Of a stretch of DNA of 64,000 bases, positions 20,539-28,510 are shown one piece after another. The notes beneath the pieces were generated by a model, which saw only the letters and a list, made by a program, of their open reading frames with translations, ran no database searches and had not been told where the DNA came from. Location of the stretch: NCBI GenBank assembly GCA_003155795.1, contig PMEM01000043.1:31925-95924 (forward strand), given 5' to 3'. Origin of the DNA: Gemmatimonadota bacterium (GTDB lineage: Bacteria; Gemmatimonadota; Gemmatimonadetes; Gemmatimonadales; Gemmatimonadaceae). The stretch's first letter is position 1. Every line of letters begins with the position of its first letter. Made by a program: the position numbers and the translations under genes.

Positions 20539-23500
20539 ATGCGCACACTCGAGCACGCGCGCGCCAAAGGCCGCGAATACCGCACCATTCTCGGGGCCAA
20601 TCCAGATGGGCTCTGTGGCCGTATCGTGCAACACATCGCTGAGATTTGGGGGATCGAAGCGGTTGCCATCAGTCGTGCTCAGATGGGGGGAAGTGTGGGG
20701 GAGGTTAATCCGAGCTCCGGCGTCCTCAAGTATGACCGTACGCTCTCGGACGCCGATAAACTCGACCTGTTCGCGCACGAGCTTGGGCATCTCGTTCTAC
20801 ACAAGCGACTAACAGATCCAAACATCCCTCGTGACCCGGTGCTAGGCTCTGCCTATACAAATTCCGGGTCGGGGGCAATCGCCCGTTATAGCCCGCGCGC
20901 AATGGAAGAGGCACAAGCCAGCGCGTTTGCGACCGAGCTCATATGTCCGAGTGCCAAATTGTTCGCAGATTGGCGCGCCGAGAACACGGCGACTGCGGCG
21001 TCGCTTGCTGAGCGCTTTGGCGTGCCGGTCAAAGTAGCGCATGCGCAGCTAGCGCATGCGCTTCACGAGTTCGCACTGGGGGCGAATGATCCGATAGCGA
21101 AGCCACAGCGCGCGATCGCGTTTACGCCACGTCAGCTTGAGGCGGCGCGCTTCACCGGGAAGCCTGCCCTTGTCGATGCGGGTCCAGGCACTGGAAAGAC
21201 CGCGACGCTCATCAGACGGATTCAGTTCCTGCTTGAGGAAAGCAGCGCCCGACCAAGCGAGATCCTTGTTCTAACATTCAGCAACGAAGCTGCACAGGAA
21301 CTGCGCGAGCGTGTCACGTTAGCGTTTGGCGCTGACGTGACTGAAGAGATGACAATCGCAACGTTCCATGGCTTTGGAATGACGTTCCTGCATCATCACG
21401 GACAGCATGTTGGCTACGATACTGCCTTCACGATACTAGACGAGGACACACAAGCTGAGCTAGTCACGTCAATCCTTGGAAGGGTGCCGTGCGGCCAGAT
21501 CCTCACGCTCCGAGATCCCCAGGAGACCGTCGATGCAGTTGTAGAGCACATCAATTATTGCAAGCAACGGCTGCGCGACTGTGACGCACTTCAAGAATGT
21601 GTCAGCGCTTGGACACCAACACCTGACGAAACTGACGCGAATGCGGCGTCTGGGCAATTCGCCGGGCTCTATCGCGAGTACGAATCCGCCAAGCACGCAG
21701 CTAAGCAAATCGACTTCGCCGATTTGATCATGTTACCTCTGCGCGTTCTGGAACAGCAACCCGAAATCGCTGCTGCTTACCAAAGCAAGTACCCGTGGGT
21801 GCTAGTCGACGAGTTTCAGGATGTGACCCGCGCCACGTCTCGGCTACTCAGGCAGCTGTGCGGGCCAACCAACCCGCCTTGGGTGGTTGGTGACGCGCGC
21901 CAGGCGATCTATCGCTTCCTGGGTGCAGCGCCGGAAAATGTACGTGAGTTCAGTACAGATTTCCCGGGCGCTGTAGTCTTCGAGCTCGAGGAGAATTATC
22001 GGTCCGCCGCGCCCGTAGTTCGAGCAGCCAATGAGCTCGCGACTCTAATGGAAGATCCGGAGCGCGCCGATGGTCAGGTTTATGAGCGATGGCGGGCGGC
22101 TACCGATCAGACACCGCTCGGCGATATGCCCATCGTAATCGCTGAAGCGACGTCTGACTACGCGGAACGCGAAGGCGTTGCCGATCAAGTGCAAGCCTGG
22201 CTTGAGACTGGACAGGTCACACCTAGCGAGATTGCCGTTCTTGCCAGACGGAACATCGACGTGCGGAATATTATTCTAGCCCTAGCTGCGCGCGGTGTGC
22301 GAGCACAAGCAAGCGGTCTGCTGACCGCTGACGGGGCGGCGGGGGACCTCGCCGCAGCCGTCACCCTGACCGATGCGCCGGTTGCTTCGATCCCACGCGT
22401 CGCGTTTGCGCTTGGCCGGGCGCGGTTCCCAGTAGGCGCCATAAACGCTGTAGTGCATCACGCGCTGGCAACGTTCCGTAAAGACCGTGGGTTCGACATA
22501 GCTGCGCCCGATAGCGGTGCCGAACTCGCGTCAGAAGTTGAGTTTGCTCGGGCGTGTCTCACGCGAGGGCACTTTACCGCCGACGGGTTTGCAACGCTCG
22601 CCACATTCCTCTTCGATGGCGGCTGCTACCTTCGCGTCCTACTTGATGCCGCAGATGGTGCCGAGCGCGCGATGGCACTCATGGAGATCGTAAGCGCGCT
22701 ATCGCTTGCCGTGAGCTACCGCGTCACGCACCCGGCTATGCCGCCTGCGCTTGCCCGAGTTGGCTTCGCCAGTCATCTTCGCGCACGGTTGGCTGAGACG
22801 ACACCGCTTCCGATCGTCGCGCGCGCGCGACCGGACGCCGTTAGGGTAATGACTTGTCATGCGTCAAAAGGCCTAGAGTTCCCCTGTGTCATCGTCGCCG
22901 GCCAAACAGTACCAAAGGCGCGAGCGAAGTACCCTTGGCTCCCACCCTCGTGGCGCCCCGCCACGGACGAAGACGTCGAGCAAGGGGACGCGCTCCTCTT
23001 CGTCGGTGTTACTCGCGGCCAGCGCGCTGTAGTCGTGTCATTCCCGAAGCAGGCAGGAGAGGGAGTACGCGGCCACGCGAAGCAGGTTGTTCGCCTGCTG
23101 GCGCGTTGGCGCGCCGCGCACGAGTTAGAAGTAGTCTCATGGACAGCGAGCGGGAATCCTACCTCCGAAGTCACCGTCGGCCTCATTTGGGGTGGACACA
23201 CACCGGCTGTGCTCAACCTGTCCGCGCTCGACACGTCAACCTGCGCAATTCAGACCTACCTGGAGGAGTTCTTGGGGGTATCCTTCCCGATTGCCGCGCG
23301 CGCACTGTACCCGGTCTTCTTCTCCGTTACGCGCCGCGTCCTTCGGCAGGTCGTCACGCGCGCCAATGAGACAGGACGGCTCGTCGAAGAGGCGGCAGTA
23401 CGTTCGATGGTCGCCGATGCGTGGCCTGAAGGAGAATTCGCTGAGCATCCCCACATTGGGATCTACCTTGATGCGACGCTTCGTATGGTGCTTGATTTCG

Positions 23501-23973
23501 CAAAGTTGTACCGACCTGTAGGAGTGCCGATTACATCGTTCGATCCCGAACTCACCGTTACTGCCGAAGGCGAAGAGCCAGCAGTGCGGCTCGATCTGAT
23601 TGGCCATTTTCTCCAGGCTGATGGGCGCATCGTCGCCCTTAGCTTCCGACCTGAATCACTCGGTGCAGACGCTAAGGATGGGGTTCTTAATTGGAGTGCG
23701 AAGCGCATCAATAGTAAGAAGAGGATGTCTTTCGTACTCCTGGAGCGGCGTACCCCAGGCATACTTCCGCACTTTTTTTCCGGAGCCGACGGGGAGATGT
23801 TCAGTTTCAAGTGGAGCACGCGGAAAGACTCGCTAACGAACGAGACGGCAAAGGTGATCGGTAAGCTGGAGGCGCTCTCGCACGGTGAGTTTGCGACCAA
23901 AATCTCGGCGTATACATGCGACCGCTGTCGCGCTCGTGTTAGCTGCCCTCACTGGGTGGGAGCACTCGGTTAG
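20539..23973 (+). CDS. ImmA/IrrE (M78) metallopeptidase - UvrD/PcrA helicase - Cas4/AddB-type PD-(D/E)XK nuclease fusion
   Basis: 1144 aa. HEXXH in FAHELGHLVLH. Helicase motifs DAGPGTGKT, VLVDEFQDV, ENYRS, CHASKGLEF, VGVTRG. C-terminal nuclease with TSTCAIQTYL and CDRCRARVSC cysteines. Confidence 0.85.
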   Translation: MRTLEHARAKGREYRTILGANPDGLCGRIVQHIAEIWGIEAVAISRAQMGGSVGEVNPSSGVLKYDRTLSDADKLDLFAHELGHLVLHKRLTDPNIPRDPVLGSAYTNSGSGAIARYSPRAMEEAQASAFATELICPSAKLFADWRAENTATAASLAERFGVPVKVAHAQLAHALHEFALGANDPIAKPQRAIAFTPRQLEAARFTGKPALVDAGPGTGKTATLIRRIQFLLEESSARPSEILVLTFSNEAAQELRERVTLAFGADVTEEMTIATFHGFGMTFLHHHGQHVGYDTAFTILDEDTQAELVTSILGRVPCGQILTLRDPQETVDAVVEHINYCKQRLRDCDALQECVSAWTPTPDETDANAASGQFAGLYREYESAKHAAKQIDFADLIMLPLRVLEQQPEIAAAYQSKYPWVLVDEFQDVTRATSRLLRQLCGPTNPPWVVGDARQAIYRFLGAAPENVREFSTDFPGAVVFELEENYRSAAPVVRAANELATLMEDPERADGQVYERWRAATDQTPLGDMPIVIAEATSDYAEREGVADQVQAWLETGQVTPSEIAVLARRNIDVRNIILALAARGVRAQASGLLTADGAAGDLAAAVTLTDAPVASIPRVAFALGRARFPVGAINAVVHHALATFRKDRGFDIAAPDSGAELASEVEFARACLTRGHFTADGFATLATFLFDGGCYLRVLLDAADGAERAMALMEIVSALSLAVSYRVTHPAMPPALARVGFASHLRARLAETTPLPIVARARPDAVRVMTCHASKGLEFPCVIVAGQTVPKARAKYPWLPPSWRPATDEDVEQGDALLFVGVTRGQRAVVVSFPKQAGEGVRGHAKQVVRLLARWRAAHELEVVSWTASGNPTSEVTVGLIWGGHTPAVLNLSALDTSTCAIQTYLEEFLGVSFPIAARALYPVFFSVTRRVLRQVVTRANETGRLVEEAAVRSMVADAWPEGEFAEHPHIGIYLDATLRMVLDFAKLYRPVGVPITSFDPELTVTAEGEEPAVRLDLIGHFLQADGRIVALSFRPESLGADAKDGVLNWSAKRINSKKRMSFVLLERRTPGILPHFFSGADGEMFSFKWSTRKDSLTNETAKVIGKLEALSHGEFATKISAYTCDRCRARVSCPHWVGALG

Positions 23974-24101
23974 CAGATGCGCTAAACGCGGGATTCGGCC
24001 TACCCATCGACGCACATCAGCCTGAGTGCGGCCGTAGGAGGTGTAGGGCGGCCAGAGTGGCTGCTCTGCACCTCTTTCGTTTGTTACTCTGGAGATACAA
24101 A

Positions 24102-24437
24102 ATGACCACAACGGCACACGGCGCAGACGCGTCGCAGGACGAAGCAGGGGACGAGCGCCACGGACCACCGCACGTCCAGCTACAAGTCCAGACCCCACGC
24201 GGGCTCTGGAGCATGACTGAGCCGGAAGAGGCGCCCCGCCGGCCAGACTATCCCATCTCCACAAAGATCCAAGTCGTGATCGACGACGCACGAACAGTCT
24301 TCAAGTTCGTCGAGAATGACAGCAAGTACACTTTGTTCCTGGGTGGAGAGATGCTTGCGCCCGAACGGACGCTCGCGAGCTATCATATTGCGCCCGACGC
24401 ACTCTTGGTGCTCTCCGTCCAAGGTGGGAACGCGTGA
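24102..24437 (+). CDS. bilA: ubiquitin-like beta-grasp protein (Bil-type Ubl)
   Basis: ATG at 24102 with a GGAGA SD. Ends LAPERTLASYHIAPDALLVLSVQGG-NA, which parallels the ubiquitin C-terminus. First gene of the Ubl-E2-JAB-E1 operon. Confidence 0.8.
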   Translation: MTTTAHGADASQDEAGDERHGPPHVQLQVQTPRGLWSMTEPEEAPRRPDYPISTKIQVVIDDARTVFKFVENDSKYTLFLGGEMLAPERTLASYHIAPDALLVLSVQGGNA

Positions 24438-24892
24438 GCGTTCCCGTCTCTCTGTCACTTGAGACCGTGCGCTGCGAACTCGCCGCTGCGACAGCTTATG
24501 CCGCGGCTGCGGGGCTCGAGCTTGATGCCAGTGAATTGAGCGAGAATACGCTTCAGTTTCATGTTGTGTTCTGGAACATGCAGCGCGAGCGATTCACGGC
24601 AGAATTCGATTGTCGTGATTACTCAATGTATCCGCCGACGATTGAATTCGTGGATGCGACCCGCACCCTGCGAGGTACGCCCGCTCTTTATCCAGCAGGG
24701 TTCCATGGAATGCCATGCGTATGCGCGCGCTATAATCGCAAAGCATACACAGAGCGCGGCGGGCCTCACGGAGACTGGCGGCTGGTTGACTGGCAATTAC
24801 CTACCGGCAACGGGGTTGCAATCGACAGTCTGGCTATGATTCTAAGCGACCTTCATAGTAAGATTTCGCAGTCTGCAGGGAGACTGGGATGA
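24434..24892 (+). CDS. bilB: E2-like ubiquitin-conjugating enzyme homologue
   Basis: GTG start overlaps the Ubl stop (GTGA). UBC-like core FTAEFDCRDYSMYPPTIEFV. Candidate catalytic Cys in FHGMPCVCARYN. Confidence 0.75.
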   Translation: MSVPVSLSLETVRCELAAATAYAAAAGLELDASELSENTLQFHVVFWNMQRERFTAEFDCRDYSMYPPTIEFVDATRTLRGTPALYPAGFHGMPCVCARYNRKAYTERGGPHGDWRLVDWQLPTGNGVAIDSLAMILSDLHSKISQSAGRLG

Positions 24893-25422
24893 GTGACAAG
24901 GTCCCCATCATCTACATCCCTGCAACCTTACTCGGTGCCACAGGGATGCTTCTCGCTAGCTTCGCAGAGGAGTTACCCTCCGAAGGCATTGTTTACTGGT
25001 TCGGACTCGAGCTCGGGCCGCGGGCCATCGTGGCGTCGCTCGTCGTCCCAAATGCCGACTCATCTCGTGGAGACATCGTGACTTCAGCTGCCGCGAACGC
25101 TGAAGCACTTGGGGCGGTTGTGGGAACCCCGCTCGTTCTCCTCGGACAAGCTCACTCGCACCCACGCGCGAATGTACGCCACTCGCCTGTCGATGACCGC
25201 GAGACGTACGCGCAGTTTCCCGGTGCACTCTCAGTCGTTGTGCCGTTCTTCAGCCGGAACGGGATCGACCTCTCACGCTGCGGTGTGCATCGTCATCTAG
25301 CGGGCCGGTATCAGCTTATCCCACGCGACCAAGTGCAACAACACGTGAGAGTCGTTCCTGGCATCGTTGACTTCCGGCGTGATCGATTCACTACTGAGAT
25401 GTCCCGTGCACGTGCACTCTGA
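24889..25422 (+). CDS. bilC: JAB/JAMM metalloisopeptidase (deubiquitinase-like)
   Basis: ATGA overlap with the E2 stop. JAMM motif HSHPRANVRHSPVD (HxHx7Sx2D) with an upstream Glu (PSEGIVYW). Confidence 0.85.
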   Translation: MSDKVPIIYIPATLLGATGMLLASFAEELPSEGIVYWFGLELGPRAIVASLVVPNADSSRGDIVTSAAANAEALGAVVGTPLVLLGQAHSHPRANVRHSPVDDRETYAQFPGALSVVVPFFSRNGIDLSRCGVHRHLAGRYQLIPRDQVQQHVRVVPGIVDFRRDRFTTEMSRARAL

Positions 25423-26920
25423 ACAGGCGATAACATCGCCGCTCACGCCGGCCGACCGACTTCGTGTTGCTGATCGCTGGCGGACGGCGGAGTCGTTCTA
25501 CCGGGAGCGCGATGACCGCACCACGCGTAATGTTGGTGACCTCGCGACACACGCGTACCGTGCCGTTGAAATCCACGTCGATCCCGGCGCCGCGGCTAAT
25601 CTCACCGTGCAGCGTATGGCACTCACCGTAGCAAATCTCACCGCCCGTTGGGCGCGTCGGGTGCGTATTGTGCTCGCAGCCGACGCGCCTCTTGCGCCCA
25701 TTCTCCGTCGGGACGGTGCGGCGTGCCTCAGCGATCGACTGATTCGCGAGATGTGCGCGGCTGACCCGTTCGGCGAGTTCAATATAGCTGTGACGGGCAC
25801 AAGTGTCGCCAATGACGGCCGAGCACCGTTACGCCTCTTTGTCGGCCCATGGACGCTCCACCCACAAGCATTGAGCAGTGAAGACTATCAGGTGCACGCG
25901 TCATCGTGGACAGCTTTGGGGAGACGCACGGGAACGCAAGGGCGGCTTCTAGGAATCATGAACGGAGCAGAAGCAACCGCAGCGGCGGCAGGCTTAGCCG
26001 GCGCCCTCGGTGCCGCAGACCTTTTCAAGCGAGCTGTTGGTCACGTCCACGCGAACTGGATGCCTACATTCGCTTGGGATACCTGGGCGGGTATCCTCGA
26101 CACCTCACCGATGGCATGGTCAACGGTTGGACATCGCTCTGTACCGGAGCACTTGGATTTCGGCGAGACTCTGCTCGCGGGCGTTGGTGCGATCGGCTCA
26201 GCTTTTATCTACCTCGCTGATTTTATGCCGCTCAGCGGTGCGCTCACGCTGCTCGACCGAGACGCCATCGAGATCACGAACTTGAACCGAACGCCGCTAT
26301 TTACGGTCATGCACGCGCTCGACGAACCGAAGAAGACGGGAGCAGTTGCTGCGTACCTCACCGGCCGAGGTGTCAAAGTCGAAAGTCTGACGGGACCATG
26401 GCGGGAGCACGCAGCGGCGCTGGCAGAGCGGCCTTTCGACGCTTGGATCAGCCTCATAAATGAAGACGGTGCGTGGGCTGAGGTGCCGTTCCAACTCCCT
26501 CCTGTAGTCCTCCACGGTACGACGACGAGCGGCTGGGGCTTCGGTATGGGGCGACACATCCCAGGGCGCGAGGACTGCACGCTCTGCCGCCTCCCGCGGC
26601 CGGCCACGGAGTTCCGCGGGCCTTGTGCCCAGGGCGAAATCGCCCTGGGTGTGGACCGGGAGCCCGTCCGGGCATCGCTCCCGTTCCTCTCGACGGCGGC
26701 CGCCGCCTTGGTACTTACCGCGTACCTTCAGCTTGGGGAAGGATCTGCTGCGGTGTCATTACCGAACGACGTGTCCGCTGATCTAGGCTCCGGTCTCCCG
26801 GCGCTGATCGCCCTGCATCGTGGTCCAAGCGTGGGGTGTCGAGGATGCCATGCGCAAAGCTCTGTGGCATGGCACTCACGCGGCGGTAGAGGTCGATTCG
26901 CACATTACTCAACCCCGTGA
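25367..26920 (+). CDS. bilD: E1-like ThiF/MoeB-family activating enzyme
   Basis: Rossmann motif LLAGVGAIGSAF followed by LLDRDAIEITNLNRTP. CTLCRLP Cys pair. The roughly 265-aa N-terminal extra domain is consistent with an inactive adenylation domain. The real start may be GTG at 25406 or 25412, overlapping the JAB stop. Confidence 0.8.
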   Translation: MTSGVIDSLLRCPVHVHSEQAITSPLTPADRLRVADRWRTAESFYRERDDRTTRNVGDLATHAYRAVEIHVDPGAAANLTVQRMALTVANLTARWARRVRIVLAADAPLAPILRRDGAACLSDRLIREMCAADPFGEFNIAVTGTSVANDGRAPLRLFVGPWTLHPQALSSEDYQVHASSWTALGRRTGTQGRLLGIMNGAEATAAAAGLAGALGAADLFKRAVGHVHANWMPTFAWDTWAGILDTSPMAWSTVGHRSVPEHLDFGETLLAGVGAIGSAFIYLADFMPLSGALTLLDRDAIEITNLNRTPLFTVMHALDEPKKTGAVAAYLTGRGVKVESLTGPWREHAAALAERPFDAWISLINEDGAWAEVPFQLPPVVLHGTTTSGWGFGMGRHIPGREDCTLCRLPRPATEFRGPCAQGEIALGVDREPVRASLPFLSTAAAALVLTAYLQLGEGSAAVSLPNDVSADLGSGLPALIALHRGPSVGCRGCHAQSSVAWHSRGGRGRFAHYSTP

Positions 26921-26996
26921 ATATGACCCGCAGCGCTCTGGCCAACTCAAGAATATGACGGTTCGGTCACTATCGATCGGACCTAGCATGTCGAAT

Positions 26997-27119
26997 GACA
27001 AAGTCGTTGCGACTAGAGTAGCTAATATCGGCGAAAAGCGTCAAAGTGGTTGCGAATTTGGGTCGCCGCCGGCCAAAGGCGATGCGACTGACCCGCGCTC
27101 GGTCAAAGACGATGCGACC
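26997..27119 (+). repeat. four spaced copies of an 18-bp subterminal repeat (left end)
   Basis: GACAAAGTCGTTGCGACT (26997), GTCAAAGTGGTTGCGAAT (27040), GCCAAAGGCGATGCGACT (27072), GTCAAAGACGATGCGACC (27102). Spacing 43/32/30 bp. Confidence 0.8.
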
Positions 27120-27209
27120 GTCACTACCGGGGTATTTTCTGGTAGATCTTTGTCACCGAATAGACTCAGGATCAACAGGGAGGTGCCCCCACGTTCATAA
27201 ACTGCAACG

Positions 27210-27782
27210 CTAAACTGGCGCAGTGGTAAGGCCCAGTTGGAGCAGAGCTAGTGGTGCAGTAAGAGGACGTGCTTGCCAGAAGCTCCCAAATAACAAGAAC
27301 GGCAAGGCGATAAGTGCGCCCGTAAGTGCACTCGGCTGGATGAGGACTTCGAGCACGAGATCGAAGACCCAAATCCGCCTGAGAGGCTCCAATAGGTCCC
27401 ACGACGAAATCCTATCGCCCTCGTTAGCGGCTGCATACGCGCCGCTCTTCGATATGTCTGCCACCGGGCTGGTCGGTACAGTTTTAGCTACCTCCCGATG
27501 GAACTCGCGTAGGACGGCATATGCTTCGGCGATGTCTTGAAACCTGCGTGTTGCTACGGCACGCTCCCCCGGCGTGAAAAAACGGTCAGGATGGAATCGA
27601 CTAGCGAGAGTTCTGAAGCGTGAACGAATCTCATCAAGACTTGCAGTCGACTCTAGCTGTAATAGGGCGCATGCCTCCACCATATTCATATTGTTACCGG
27701 AAGGTGCGGCGCCCAAGCCTTGCTTGCTATAGAGCGTATTGCCATAAATAGGAAGGCGATCGTTCGACGATCGCCTGACCAC
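27210..27782 (-). CDS. J-domain (DnaJ-like) protein with C-terminal transmembrane segments
   Basis: LDEIRSRFRTLASRFHPDRF...FQDIAEAYAVL has the HPD motif. Hydrophobic C-terminus ALTGALIALPFLLFGSFW. An internal Met start is possible. Confidence 0.7.
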   Translation of the reverse strand: MVRRSSNDRLPIYGNTLYSKQGLGAAPSGNNMNMVEACALLQLESTASLDEIRSRFRTLASRFHPDRFFTPGERAVATRRFQDIAEAYAVLREFHREVAKTVPTSPVADISKSGAYAAANEGDRISSWDLLEPLRRIWVFDLVLEVLIQPSALTGALIALPFLLFGSFWQARPLTAPLALLQLGLTTAPV

Positions 27783-27815
27783 TTCAGCGTTAGCTTAACA
27801 GCATAATCAACGAAA

Positions 27816-28157
27816 CTACCGCGATTGCGTTGGTGGCGCATCGAGAATGTCGAGTCCTACGCCGCCATTTGCCTTGTGATGAAGGATGACATACTTCCCC
27901 GGATACGCCGCGATCGCACCCGCGACGCCAGTGGTCTCGAATAGCGTCATAAGGTGCTCCGGATCGTAGTCTTCCAGTATCGCTCGCGTGATTCGGATCG
28001 TTCGAGTAATTGTCAGCTTGTCGTGCCTCCATGCCAAAACACGAAAGTCAAAGGCAAAGTCGCGCTCTGTCACGGGCCAATCGTGTCCATCGAACCACTG
28101 CGTGATTGCTGCGTCATGCACAGCGAACTTCGCAAATATTGGATCGCTGATCGTCAT
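27816..28157 (-). CDS. hypothetical protein (cargo of the mini-element)
   Basis: 113-aa ORF upstream of and co-directional with the J-domain gene. No recognised motif. Confidence 0.45.
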   Translation of the reverse strand: MTISDPIFAKFAVHDAAITQWFDGHDWPVTERDFAFDFRVLAWRHDKLTITRTIRITRAILEDYDPEHLMTLFETTGVAGAIAAYPGKYVILHHKANGGVGLDILDAPPTQSR

Positions 28158-28451
28158 ACGTTCCTCGATATATAGATCCCATGGTTGTCAACGCTCGAAC
28201 CGCGGTCGGCAGCTAACACATCTAGCGGTGCTCCGCGCACGGGGGGGGCGGCGAAGCTCCGACGGTAGTCGTAATCACAGGGGCGCTGAGACGCTTCGCG
28301 GATCATAGGTGGGAGTGTTGCCACCCTATCAAATCAACTTTGATGTATATGATCGCTGTCGGCTCATACCTAACTTGGCCAGTCCGGAAAATTCTCGTAC
28401 GCTCCGATTAATTCTTGTTTTTCACATCACCGTCAGCCGCAACTGGCAGTC

Positions 28452-28510
28452 AGTTGCAACGACTTTGGCTGTAGTCGCAACGGCTTTGGCCATTTCGCAT
28501 CCTCTTTGTC
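28452..28510 (-). repeat. three tightly packed copies of the same 18-bp repeat (right end, inverted)
   Basis: Reverse complements: GCCAAAGTCGTTGCAACT (28452-28469), GCCAAAGCCGTTGCGACT (28473-28490), GACAAAGAGGATGCGAAA (28493-28510). Period 20-21 bp. Confidence 0.8.

Noticed and set aside
26820-27200. 126-aa + strand ORF overlapping the E1 3' end and running through the repeat array
   Set aside because: Its apparent internal peptide repeats (KVVAT, KGDAT, KDDAT) come from the 18-bp DNA repeats of the transposon end. It also crosses the element boundary at 26989, so it is most likely non-coding.
26997-28510. The repeat arrays interpreted as plasmid-type iterons/oriV (AT-richer DNA nearby) or as looping operator sites
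   Set aside because: The two arrays are in inverted orientation. The outermost copies extend into matching TGTCG...CGACA termini, and a 5-bp direct repeat flanks the whole unit. These features fit transposon ends better. I kept the alternatives only as a caveat.
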